Below are positions 40,433 to 49,341 of a stretch of DNA of 64,000 nt, piece after piece. The notes under the pieces are model-generated. The model saw only the letters and a program-made list of their open reading frames with translations. It did no database searches and was not told the origin of the DNA. Within the stretch, counting starts at the first letter, position 1. The number at the start of each line of letters is the position of its first letter. This DNA comes from Alphaproteobacteria bacterium (GTDB lineage Bacteria > Pseudomonadota > Alphaproteobacteria > MPNO01): contig OZ219866.1 in the NCBI GenBank assembly GCA_964291675.2, forward strand, positions 2,272,001 to 2,336,000. The letters run 5' to 3'. Made by a program: the position numbers and the translations under genes.

Positions 40433-42190
40433 ATGGGCAACGGAAGCACCGCAGGCTGGACCGAGGCGCCGGCCGACGACGTGGGCGATGCGCTGGTCGC
40501 CGGGCTGGCCGCCGGCGGGGTCGACCATCTGTTCTTCACCTCGGGGTCGGAGATCGGCTTCTTCCAGGAGGCGACCGCGAAGGCGCGCGCCCGGGGCGCC
40601 AACAACCCGATCCGGCTGATCACCGTGCCGCACGAGCACGCGAGCCTCAACGCCGCGCTCGGCTTCGCGGCGGTGAGCGGCCGCCCGGCCGTCACCGCGG
40701 CCCATGTCGATTGCGGCACGATGCACTATGGCGGCGCGGTGCACACCGCCGCCCGCAGCGGGCTTCCGGTGGTCATCACCGCCGGGTTCCCGCCGACGGC
40801 CTATGCCGGGACCATGAAGGGCGGCCGCGACGAGGGCGGGCATCTGTGGATGCAGGAGACCTTCGACCAGAACGGGATCGTGCGCAACTACGTCAAGTGG
40901 GACCACCGCCTGACCTCGCAGGACAACCCCGGGCTGATCGCCAGCCGGGCGGTCCAGGTGACGCGGAGCGAGCCCTGCGGACCGGTCTATCTCAGCTTCC
41001 CCAAGGAGCTGACGCTGATGCCGGTCGACGGCGCGTGCTTCCCGAGCGCCGACCGGCTCGGCATCCCGCGCCCGAGCGCGCCCGCCGCGGCGGACGCCGA
41101 GGAGGTCGCCCGCAGGCTGATCGACGCCCGCCACCCGGTCGTCGTGGTGTCGGCGTCGGGCCGCGACCCCGCGACGGTCCCCGCCCTGGTCGAGCTGTGC
41201 GAGCTGCTCGGCCTCGCGGTTACCGACTCGGTCCAGCGCAGCTATATGAGCTTCCCCTTCCGCCATCCCTGCTTCCAGACCCAGGCGACGCTGGAAGAGG
41301 CCGACATGGTGCTGGCGCTGGAGGCCGTGGTGCCCTGGGTCCCCGGACGCAACGCGCCGGGGCCGGACGCCTATATCGTCTCGGTCGGGCGCGACCCGAT
41401 CGCGGTCAGCATCCCGACCTTCGAGTTCACCGCCGACCTGCGCCTCGCCAGCGACAGCCTGGCGACGATCCTCGCCGTGACAGACGCGGCGCGGGATTTA
41501 TTGAACGACGCGGACCGCGACCGGATCGCGGTGCGCAAGGAACGACTCGCCGCCGCTTCGCGAAGCTGGATCGCCGAGGCGGAAGACGCCGCGCGGGAAC
41601 GCTCGGGCGACGTTCCGATAGACCGGCTGTGGGCGGGCTATTGCATCGGGCGGCTGTTCGACGACAACTGCATCGTGTTCGACGAGACCCTGCCGCCCAA
41701 CCGGTCGCGGACCTATTTCGACCGCAGCGAGCCGGGCTCCTATTTCGCCAACCCGGGGTCGAGCGGCGGCTGGGCGACCGGGGCCGCGCTGGGCGCCAAG
41801 CTCGCCGCGCCCGGGCGCGACGTGATCGCCGTCAGCGGCGACGGCTTCTACATGTTCGGCACCCCGGCCCCGGCGCTGTGGGCGGCCTCCCATCACGACG
41901 CGCCGTTCCTGCAGATCGTCTACACCAATCGAAGCTACACCACCGGGACCGAGCGCATCGCGCACAACTATGGCGCCGCCGGCTTCGCCGCCCGGGACGG
42001 GTTCCGGGGCGGCTATTTCGACCCGCCGATCGACTTCGCCAAGGAGGCCGAGGCGGCGGGCGCGCATGGCGAGACGGTCCGCGACCCGGCCGAGCTGGAG
42101 GGCGCGCTCGCGCGCGGCCTGCGGCAGGTGCGCGACGGCAGGCCGGCGCTGGTGTCGATCTGGCTCAAGCGGCTGGTGGACGAGGGCTGA
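40433..42190 (+). CDS. ThDP-dependent enzyme of unknown substrate
   Basis: PHE catalytic Glu, GPVYLSFP and SGDGFYMFG...N ThDP motif. Confidence 0.85.
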   Translation: MGNGSTAGWTEAPADDVGDALVAGLAAGGVDHLFFTSGSEIGFFQEATAKARARGANNPIRLITVPHEHASLNAALGFAAVSGRPAVTAAHVDCGTMHYGGAVHTAARSGLPVVITAGFPPTAYAGTMKGGRDEGGHLWMQETFDQNGIVRNYVKWDHRLTSQDNPGLIASRAVQVTRSEPCGPVYLSFPKELTLMPVDGACFPSADRLGIPRPSAPAAADAEEVARRLIDARHPVVVVSASGRDPATVPALVELCELLGLAVTDSVQRSYMSFPFRHPCFQTQATLEEADMVLALEAVVPWVPGRNAPGPDAYIVSVGRDPIAVSIPTFEFTADLRLASDSLATILAVTDAARDLLNDADRDRIAVRKERLAAASRSWIAEAEDAARERSGDVPIDRLWAGYCIGRLFDDNCIVFDETLPPNRSRTYFDRSEPGSYFANPGSSGGWATGAALGAKLAAPGRDVIAVSGDGFYMFGTPAPALWAASHHDAPFLQIVYTNRSYTTGTERIAHNYGAAGFAARDGFRGGYFDPPIDFAKEAEAAGAHGETVRDPAELEGALARGLRQVRDGRPALVSIWLKRLVDEG

Positions 42191-44516
42191 CCGGGACCGC
42201 GGGGCGGCGCGACCCGACGAGCCAGGCGCCGAGCGCCGGCAGCAGCACCACCGCCCCGACCATGTTGACCAGGAACATGAAGGTCAGCACCGTCCCCATG
42301 TCGGCCTGGAATTTGAGCGGCGCGGCGATCCACGTCGCCACACCCGCCGCCAAAGTGAGCCCGGTGAGCGTCACGCCCGCCCCCGTGGTGGCGAGCGTCC
42401 GCTCATACGCAAGGGCGAAGTCGAGCCCCTGCTCCAGATAGACGCGCAGCCGCCCGTAGATGTAGATGCCGTAATCGACCCCGATCCCGACGCCGAGCGC
42501 GACCACGGGAAGGGTCGAGACCTTGAGCCCGATCTCCAGCAGCGCCATCAGCGCGTAGGCGAGCAGCGAGACCACGCCGAGCGGCACCACGATGCAGAGC
42601 GTCGCCGCCAGCGAGCGGAACGAGACCAGGCACAGCACGATCACCGCGGCGTAGACATAGGCGAGGATCGGGAACTGGGCCGCCTCGACCTCCTCGTTGG
42701 TCGCCGCCATCACCCCGACATTGCCCGAGGCGAGCCGGAAGGAGATTCGCTCGTTCCGGTTCGCGCGCTCGAACGCCTTCACCGCCTCGACCGCCCGCGC
42801 GATGGTCTCGGCCTTGTGGTCCGCGGTGTAGACCGAGACCGGCATAACGCTGCAATCGAGGTTGAGCAGGCCGCTCGCGGTCGGCACCGGGGAGACCGAC
42901 TGCACCAGCATGTAGCGGTTGCGCGGCAGGGTGCGCCATTTGAGGCTGCCCTCGTTCCAGCTCGCGTTCAGCACGCGCGCGACGCCGGCGAGCCCGCGCA
43001 CCGACTGGACGCCGTCCACGTTCCGCATATGCCATTCGAAGTCGTCGAGGGTGCGCATCACCTCGTAGTCGATGCAGCCCTCCTTGACGGTCTCCGAGAT
43101 CACCGTGAGCACGTCGACGCCGATCTCGAAGCGCTCGGTGATCAGCGCCGAGTCCCGGTTGTAGACGGAATCGGCCCGAAGCTCCGGCACGCCCCGGTGC
43201 TCGTCGCCCACCCGCACCTCGGGCGCGAAATAGGCGCCGGCGGCGAGCAGCAGCGCGGCTGCGGCGATCACCGCCGCGGCGGGCCGCCGGTGCGCCAGGC
43301 GGGCGAGCCTGGACCACAGCGGGCGCAGCAGGTCGTCGCGCCGCAGCGCCCGGCGCCGCTCGGCCTCGTCCGCCTCGAAATAGGAGAGCAGCACCGGCAG
43401 CAGCGCCAGGTTGGTGAGGATGATGGCGGCCACCCCGAGGCTCGCGGTGATCGCGATCTCCTTGATGACCTGGACCTCGATGAGCGAGATGGTGACGAAC
43501 CCCACCGAATCGGAGGCCAGCGCCACCGCGCCCGGCAGCAGCAGCGCGCGGAAGCTCGCCCGCGCGGCGTCGATGCCGCCGGCGCCGCCGGCCGCCTCGG
43601 CGCGCACCGAGCTCACCATCTGCACGCCGTGGCTGACCCCGATGGCGAACACCAGGAAGGGCACCAGGATGGACATCGGATCGAGGCCGAAGCCGAACGC
43701 GGCGATCCCGCCGAGCTGCCACAGGACGGCGACCAGCGAGCATGCGAGCGGCGGCACGGTGAGGCGCACCGAGCTTGTGTAGGCGTAGACCAGCGCCGCG
43801 GTGACCAGGAAGGCGATCGCGAAGAACATGATGACGCGGACCGCGCCGTCGGCCACGTCGCCCACCGCCTTGGCGAAGCCGATGATGTGCAGATCGACAT
43901 GCATGTCGACCTCGGCGCCGGCGCCGGCCTCGCGGCGGATGCGCTCCAGCTCGTGCGCGACCTCGATGTAGTCGAGCCGTTCGCCGGTGCCGGGATGGAA
44001 CTCCTGCAGCTTGGCGGCGACGATCGCGCCCGAGAAATCGTTCGCCACCAGCCGCCCGACCAGCCCGGCCTTGACGATGTTCTCGCGCAGCCGGGCGAAG
44101 CCCGCCTCGGTCGGCGCGAAGTCGGCGGGCAGCACGTTGCCGGCCACGATGCCGTCCTCGACCACCTCGATGAAGCGGACGTTGGGCGTGAGGATCGAAT
44201 ACACCTGGGACCGGTCCACCCCCGGCAGGAAGAACGTCGCGTCGGTCGCCTTGCGCAAGGCGGCCAGGAACCCGGGCGTGAACATGTCGCCGTCGCGCGC
44301 CATCACCGCGATCAGCACCCGGTCCGCGCCGCCGAACTCGTCGCGGTACTGCAGGAAGGTCTTCATGTATTCGTGCTCGACCGGCACCAGCTTGGTGAAG
44401 CCGGCATCGACCCTGAGCCCCGCCGCCTGCCAGCCCATCGCCAGCGTGAGCAGGGCGAACGCCGCCAGCACGATACGGCGCCGGCGGAACAGCAGGGTCT
44501 CGAGTCTGCCGGTCAC
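42165..44516 (-). CDS. RND/MMPL-family membrane transporter
   Basis: Two repeats of a TM helix, large loop and TM bundle; FAIGVSHGVQ and GIGVDYGIY motifs; start uncertain. Confidence 0.88.
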   Translation of the reverse strand: MTGRLETLLFRRRRIVLAAFALLTLAMGWQAAGLRVDAGFTKLVPVEHEYMKTFLQYRDEFGGADRVLIAVMARDGDMFTPGFLAALRKATDATFFLPGVDRSQVYSILTPNVRFIEVVEDGIVAGNVLPADFAPTEAGFARLRENIVKAGLVGRLVANDFSGAIVAAKLQEFHPGTGERLDYIEVAHELERIRREAGAGAEVDMHVDLHIIGFAKAVGDVADGAVRVIMFFAIAFLVTAALVYAYTSSVRLTVPPLACSLVAVLWQLGGIAAFGFGLDPMSILVPFLVFAIGVSHGVQMVSSVRAEAAGGAGGIDAARASFRALLLPGAVALASDSVGFVTISLIEVQVIKEIAITASLGVAAIILTNLALLPVLLSYFEADEAERRRALRRDDLLRPLWSRLARLAHRRPAAAVIAAAALLLAAGAYFAPEVRVGDEHRGVPELRADSVYNRDSALITERFEIGVDVLTVISETVKEGCIDYEVMRTLDDFEWHMRNVDGVQSVRGLAGVARVLNASWNEGSLKWRTLPRNRYMLVQSVSPVPTASGLLNLDCSVMPVSVYTADHKAETIARAVEAVKAFERANRNERISFRLASGNVGVMAATNEEVEAAQFPILAYVYAAVIVLCLVSFRSLAATLCIVVPLGVVSLLAYALMALLEIGLKVSTLPVVALGVGIGVDYGIYIYGRLRVYLEQGLDFALAYERTLATTGAGVTLTGLTLAAGVATWIAAPLKFQADMGTVLTFMFLVNMVGAVVLLPALGAWLVGSRRPAVPVSPRPPAA

Positions 44517-44532
44517 GGAACGATCCGGGGCG

Positions 44533-45432
44533 TCAATCGGCCAGCCGCCGGACGCCGAACTCTCCGACCAGCAGCACCCCGCCATCGGCGAGCGGGAGCG
44601 CGGTGGAGACTCCCTCGCGCGACTTCAGGCTTTTGGGCGACACGCTCCGCCCGCCGTCCCGGCTCAGCAGCACGGCGCCTTCGAGACCGGTGACCGCCAC
44701 CCGGCCGGAGGGCAGCAGGGCGGCGCCGGTCAGGGTCGCGTTGGTCCCGGTCGGCACCCGCGCCCAGCTCTCGCCGCCGTCTTGCGAGCGGAACAAATGG
44801 CCCCTGAGCCCGGCGAGCAGCAATTCGTCCTCGCCGAACGCAAGCCCCGCGAACCACGAGCCGGAATAGGGCGACGGCAGCTCGCGCCAGGTCTCGCCGG
44901 AATCGTCGGAGCGGTACACCACGCCTGCCTCCGCCGCGATGTAGAGCCGGCGCGCGCCCGCCGGGACCAGCGCGTTGAGGTGGAAGTCGTCCTTGCCGAC
45001 GCTGCGCTCGGTCCATGTGTCGCCGCCGTCCCCGGTGGCGAGAAAGTAGCCATAGGCGCCGACCGCGTATCCCGTTCTCTCGTCGCGGAACCACACGTCG
45101 AGCAGGGGAAGCTCCTTCTCCGGTGCCTGGTATACCAGAGTCCAGGTCTCGCCGCCGTCGCCGGTGCGCAGGATCGCCGCGTCGTGCCCCACCGCCCAGC
45201 CGGTGCGCTCGTCGTGCATGTGGATCGCGGTCAGCAAGGCGCGGATCGGGACCGTCGCCTGTCGCCAGCTCGCGCCGTCGTCGGTCGATACCAGGACGTG
45301 GCCGCGCTCGCCCACCACGACCAGCCGCGAACCCGCGGCGGCGCCGTCGAGCAGCAGGGATCGGATCGCGAGCGGCGCCACGACCGCTTCCCCGGCGCTG
45401 CCGCCGGCCGGCGCGACGAGGACGAGCAGCAA
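44533..45432 (-). CDS. YCF48-like BNR/Asp-box beta-propeller protein
   Basis: Repeated S/T.DGG..W Asp boxes, VVGERG and AVGHDA; the true start may be upstream (CTG 45504). Confidence 0.87.
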   Translation of the reverse strand: MLLVLVAPAGGSAGEAVVAPLAIRSLLLDGAAAGSRLVVVGERGHVLVSTDDGASWRQATVPIRALLTAIHMHDERTGWAVGHDAAILRTGDGGETWTLVYQAPEKELPLLDVWFRDERTGYAVGAYGYFLATGDGGDTWTERSVGKDDFHLNALVPAGARRLYIAAEAGVVYRSDDSGETWRELPSPYSGSWFAGLAFGEDELLLAGLRGHLFRSQDGGESWARVPTGTNATLTGAALLPSGRVAVTGLEGAVLLSRDGGRSVSPKSLKSREGVSTALPLADGGVLLVGEFGVRRLAD

Positions 45433-45534
45433 GGCGAGAGCCGAGCGTAAGGCGCCGGGGAAGCGCCCGCGTTCCCGGTCCGGCGGTGTCCCCCTCCGGG
45501 TCAGTCGCGAAGCCTCAGCGGGAAGCGCCCGCGG

Positions 45535-46914
45535 TCACCGCCGCCCCTCGCGGCGCAGCGCCGCCGGGGTGAAGTCGCGCGACTTCAGGTCGGTGTCCCA
45601 GGTGCACATCGGGAACTCGTTGTCGAGGCCGAAGGCGAGGTAGCGCCCGGCCTGAAGATCGCTGTGCACTTCGAGCGTCGGCCACACCAGCGGCTTCTCG
45701 TAGTAGTTGACCAGATGCGCTTCGGAGACCCGCCAGAGCTGGTCCCGGTTGTCGTAGATGTCGGCGACCAGGATCTGCCAGGAATCCTCGTCGACATAGA
45801 AGGTGCGCCGCTTGTAGGTGTGGCTCGCACCCTCCTTCAGCGTCGCTTCCACCACCCACACCCGGTGCAGCTCGTAGCGCAGCAAGTCCGGGTCGACATG
45901 CAGCGGCTTGAGGATGTCGGTGAAGGCGAGGTCGCTTCCGTGCAGCCGGTAGGAGTTGTAGGGCACGTACATCTCGCGCTTGCCGACGAGCTTCCAGTCG
46001 TAGCGGTCGACGGCGCCGTTGAACATGTCGAGCTGGTCGGCGGTGCGCAGCCCGTCGGAAGACGTACCGGGGTTGTCGTAGGCGATGTTGGGGGCGCGGC
46101 GCACCCGGCGCTGGCCCGGGTTGTAGGTCCAGGCTTTGCGCGGCTCGCGGAGCTGGTTCATGGTCTCGTGCACCAGCACGATGTCGCCCGCGAGCCGGGC
46201 CGGCGCCAGCGTCTTCTGCTTGAACAGGATCATCGTGTTGCCGAGCCTGTCCAGCGTCATGCCGGGCAGCGAGTAGCGCAGCTCGATCTCCAGGCTTTGC
46301 TTGACCAGCGTGTAGGCGCCGCCGCGGGTGACCGCGGCCTGGCCGATGACGCAGGCCACCGTCTCGCCGCGATAGCGCAGCAAATGGTTCCAGATCACCT
46401 CCAGCCCGCTGCGCGGGATCGGGAAGGGGATGCCGATCACCGCCCCGGCGACGCCGTTGCCGCCGTCCACCAGCTTCGCGGTGGCGGCGGCGTGCCGGGT
46501 GGCGTCGTAGATCCGCTGCGGGACCGAGGCGCTGCGCCGGGTCGGATAGACCTGCATCCTGAAGCTCGAATAGGTCTCCAGCATGCGCTGGTGGCCGACC
46601 GAGAGGCGGTCGCGATGCCTGTCCAGGCTGCCGGCGTCGATGACCAGGCGCGGCCTGTCGCCGGCATAGGGGTCGCGGTGATGCTCGCCCACCCGGTAGC
46701 CGGCGGGCGGCTTGACGATGCCGCCGGTCCATTCCGGGATGGTGCCGTCGGCGCTGCCGGCGCGCTGCCCGCCGAGCGGGGTGAGGTCGGCGCCGAGGCG
46801 CGCGATCTGGTCGGCGGCGATCTCCGCCGATGCCGGGCAGGCGATGACCCAGCCGAGCAGGAGGGCGGTGCCGAGCCGGGGCACGGTCGCTGTGGTGAGA
46901 AGTTTGGCGTTCAT
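45535..46914 (-). CDS. DUF1329 family periplasmic protein
   Basis: LTPLGG.RAG.ADG.IP.WTGG, YPTRRS, PFPIP, GQRRVRRAP and RYELHRVWVVEA motifs. Confidence 0.9.
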   Translation of the reverse strand: MNAKLLTTATVPRLGTALLLGWVIACPASAEIAADQIARLGADLTPLGGQRAGSADGTIPEWTGGIVKPPAGYRVGEHHRDPYAGDRPRLVIDAGSLDRHRDRLSVGHQRMLETYSSFRMQVYPTRRSASVPQRIYDATRHAAATAKLVDGGNGVAGAVIGIPFPIPRSGLEVIWNHLLRYRGETVACVIGQAAVTRGGAYTLVKQSLEIELRYSLPGMTLDRLGNTMILFKQKTLAPARLAGDIVLVHETMNQLREPRKAWTYNPGQRRVRRAPNIAYDNPGTSSDGLRTADQLDMFNGAVDRYDWKLVGKREMYVPYNSYRLHGSDLAFTDILKPLHVDPDLLRYELHRVWVVEATLKEGASHTYKRRTFYVDEDSWQILVADIYDNRDQLWRVSEAHLVNYYEKPLVWPTLEVHSDLQAGRYLAFGLDNEFPMCTWDTDLKSRDFTPAALRREGRR

Positions 46915-46926
46915 GGGTCCGGAACC

Positions 46927-49011
46927 TCAGAACGAGTATTTGACGGAAAGGGAGACGAAGTCGCGGTCGGCCAGCTCGTTGCCTTCGCCGGCGAGGCGCG
47001 TGTAGCTGAGATCGGCCTGCCAGCTCGACAGGTAGTCCGCCCTCAGGCCGATCGTGATCGCGGTCCGGCCCTCGACGAACGGGCCGCTGGGCGCCGGGCT
47101 GTTGCCGCTCACGTCGTGCAGGAACTGCACATAGGGGTGCAGGTTGACCGCGTCGATCACGTTGCTGTAGTCGAGCCGCGCCGCGAACCGGTAGCCCCAG
47201 GAGGTCGCGTCGGCGTCCGCTTCGCCCTCCGCGAGCACGCCGCCCGCGGGGCTCTCCAGCGGCTCGGCGTCCTTGTCGGGCATGTCATGGACGTGCATCA
47301 GCGCGGCTTCGGCGATGAACGCCAGGCCGTCCGCGCCCAGCATGGGTCCGAACACCCTGGTGGCGGTGGCCTGGACCTGGCTCACCTCGCGCTCGACATA
47401 GCCTTGGACCTTCGTCGGTTCGTAGCGGGCCAGATAGGCGGGGACATTCGCCGGGGGGACGTAATCCGGACGCGTGGGATCCAGAACCCTCAGGACGGGC
47501 GCTAGACCGTCCTCCAGCACCTCTCGCTCGGCCCGTTGCAGCGGCGCGTTGGGGCGCAGCGAGTACTCGCCCTGCAGCGCCCAGCCCGAATTGCCGACCA
47601 CGGCGTTGAAGCTCAGACCGAAGAGCTGGAGGTCCTCGGGGTACTCGAGGAAGTAGCGGCCGCCCTTCCCGTAGCGGTCGAGCGCCAGGGCGGCGACGAC
47701 TCCCCCGACCGCGTCCTCGACGCCCTGTTGGATCGCGCCCGGCGCGGCCGCCTGCGGAATCGCCCCGGCCGCCACTAGCTGTTGGACCCTCGCGGCGACA
47801 CCTGGCGTCACGGCGGCGGCCACGGCGGCGGGGGTACGGGAGGTCGGCCCGCTCACCGCGCTGGCCGCGTGAATACCCGCTTCCAAGTCTTCCCGATCGG
47901 CGGTGCGCGCGCCGATCGTCGGCAGCCGGCTGTGGTAGTTGATGAAGTAGAGGCCGAACTCGGTGTGGTTCAGATCCTCGGCGAGGTAGCGCAGCGCCGC
48001 GCCCCACTGGCCCGCGGCGTCGGGCGTGCGGTCCGGGCCGCGCAGCACGCTGGCGAAGTCGCGGTCGAATAGCGGCTGGGCCGGTTGCGGCAGGGGGATC
48101 CGAGCCCCGCTCAGCGGATGGGGCACGGTGTACGCGGCCAGGTCGACGTTGATGATTCGCGTCAGCGGACCGAATCCGTATCCCCGGTCCCTACCCTGGG
48201 GATCGTCGGGCAGCAGCCCCTCCATGACGTCGCTGAGCACCGCCTTGTACGCCCCCGGCCCGGCGTAGTCGGTGCTGGAGAAGTAGCTGCCGACCGGGTC
48301 GATATGGGTCTCCTCCCAGTCGATCTGATAGAAGGCTTCCAGCGTCAGGGCGTCGGTCGGCGCGACCGACGCCGAGGCCAGGCCGACGGGAAGCAGCGCC
48401 TCGCGCAGCTCCGATCCCGGCAGCCTGAGCTTGCCCACGTCGAACGGGTTGATGGCGTTGATGCCGTTGGGGATGAAGGTGCTCTCGCCCCAGTTCAGCA
48501 CGTGCCTGCCGAAGCGCAGATCGACTGCCATGCCGCTCACGTCGAACCCGCCGGTGACGTAGGCGTCGAGCAGCTCGACATTGCTGCCCACGCGCTCCTT
48601 CGCGGCGTCGCTCAGCGCGGTGCGCGCGCGCTCGCCGTCCTGGTTCTCGAAGTCGATAAACCCCGTGGTGCGGACGAATGCGCCGAAATCGCCGAAGCCG
48701 ACATCGAGGTCGGTGGTGAACTTGGAGGCGTTGCTGACGATGCCGCGGTCGTAGTTGAGATTGCCGTCATTGCCGTTGGTGTCGCCCGCCAGCTCGCCGT
48801 CGCGGTCCTCGATCCGGAGGGTCATGCCGTGCGAGATCGTGGTGTCGAGGCTTCCCGTGAACTCGCCGTCCCCGAACTCGACCGCCGGTGCCGGCGGCGC
48901 GTGAAGCAGCCCGCCGAGCACGGCCGCGCCCGCCGCCAGCGCGATCCAGCCGGTCGCGATCTTGCGGCGATACGCGGACCGCATGGTGTTGGCTTCGCCT
49001 GTGTTCCTCAT
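46927..49011 (-). CDS. DUF1302 family outer-membrane beta-barrel protein
   Basis: NDGNLNY, LLDAYV, NWGESTF, NYHSRLP, EYPED and DRDFVSLSVKYSF C-terminus; GGAGG before the ATG at 49011. Confidence 0.9.
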   Translation of the reverse strand: MRNTGEANTMRSAYRRKIATGWIALAAGAAVLGGLLHAPPAPAVEFGDGEFTGSLDTTISHGMTLRIEDRDGELAGDTNGNDGNLNYDRGIVSNASKFTTDLDVGFGDFGAFVRTTGFIDFENQDGERARTALSDAAKERVGSNVELLDAYVTGGFDVSGMAVDLRFGRHVLNWGESTFIPNGINAINPFDVGKLRLPGSELREALLPVGLASASVAPTDALTLEAFYQIDWEETHIDPVGSYFSSTDYAGPGAYKAVLSDVMEGLLPDDPQGRDRGYGFGPLTRIINVDLAAYTVPHPLSGARIPLPQPAQPLFDRDFASVLRGPDRTPDAAGQWGAALRYLAEDLNHTEFGLYFINYHSRLPTIGARTADREDLEAGIHAASAVSGPTSRTPAAVAAAVTPGVAARVQQLVAAGAIPQAAAPGAIQQGVEDAVGGVVAALALDRYGKGGRYFLEYPEDLQLFGLSFNAVVGNSGWALQGEYSLRPNAPLQRAEREVLEDGLAPVLRVLDPTRPDYVPPANVPAYLARYEPTKVQGYVEREVSQVQATATRVFGPMLGADGLAFIAEAALMHVHDMPDKDAEPLESPAGGVLAEGEADADATSWGYRFAARLDYSNVIDAVNLHPYVQFLHDVSGNSPAPSGPFVEGRTAITIGLRADYLSSWQADLSYTRLAGEGNELADRDFVSLSVKYSF

Positions 49012-49341
49012 GGAGCCTCCCCGTCGCGGTCCGCTTCGCCGCACCCCAGCCGCTTTCTCGTCGGTGAGAAGACCGGAACCCCCCTGTCCGGGGGCCTCGC
49101 TGTCGGGCCCATATGCGGCGAGCAATTACGATCCTTGAGCCGTGGTAGACCTCAACCACGCGGTATGACGATACGCACGAAAGACGAGACTGAAATCCTA
49201 GTTCAAACATATTCGAATTCCCGTGTTCGTATTGTGCTTTATCGGGCCAATCCCGTGTCCATCGAGTGACTTTTCTCCCCCGAACGCTATGATTGGCCGG
49301 TGCGAGACCTGCCTCGCGCCCGATTCGCGGAGAGGCGCCCC

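Noticed and set aside
45430-45537. Stop-codon readthrough or selenocysteine fusing DUF1329 to the in-frame YCF48-like gene
   Set aside because: DUF1329 ends at what looks like its natural C-terminus and the downstream gene has its own hydrophobic leader. Sharing a frame has a one-in-three chance, and no SECIS-like evidence was seen
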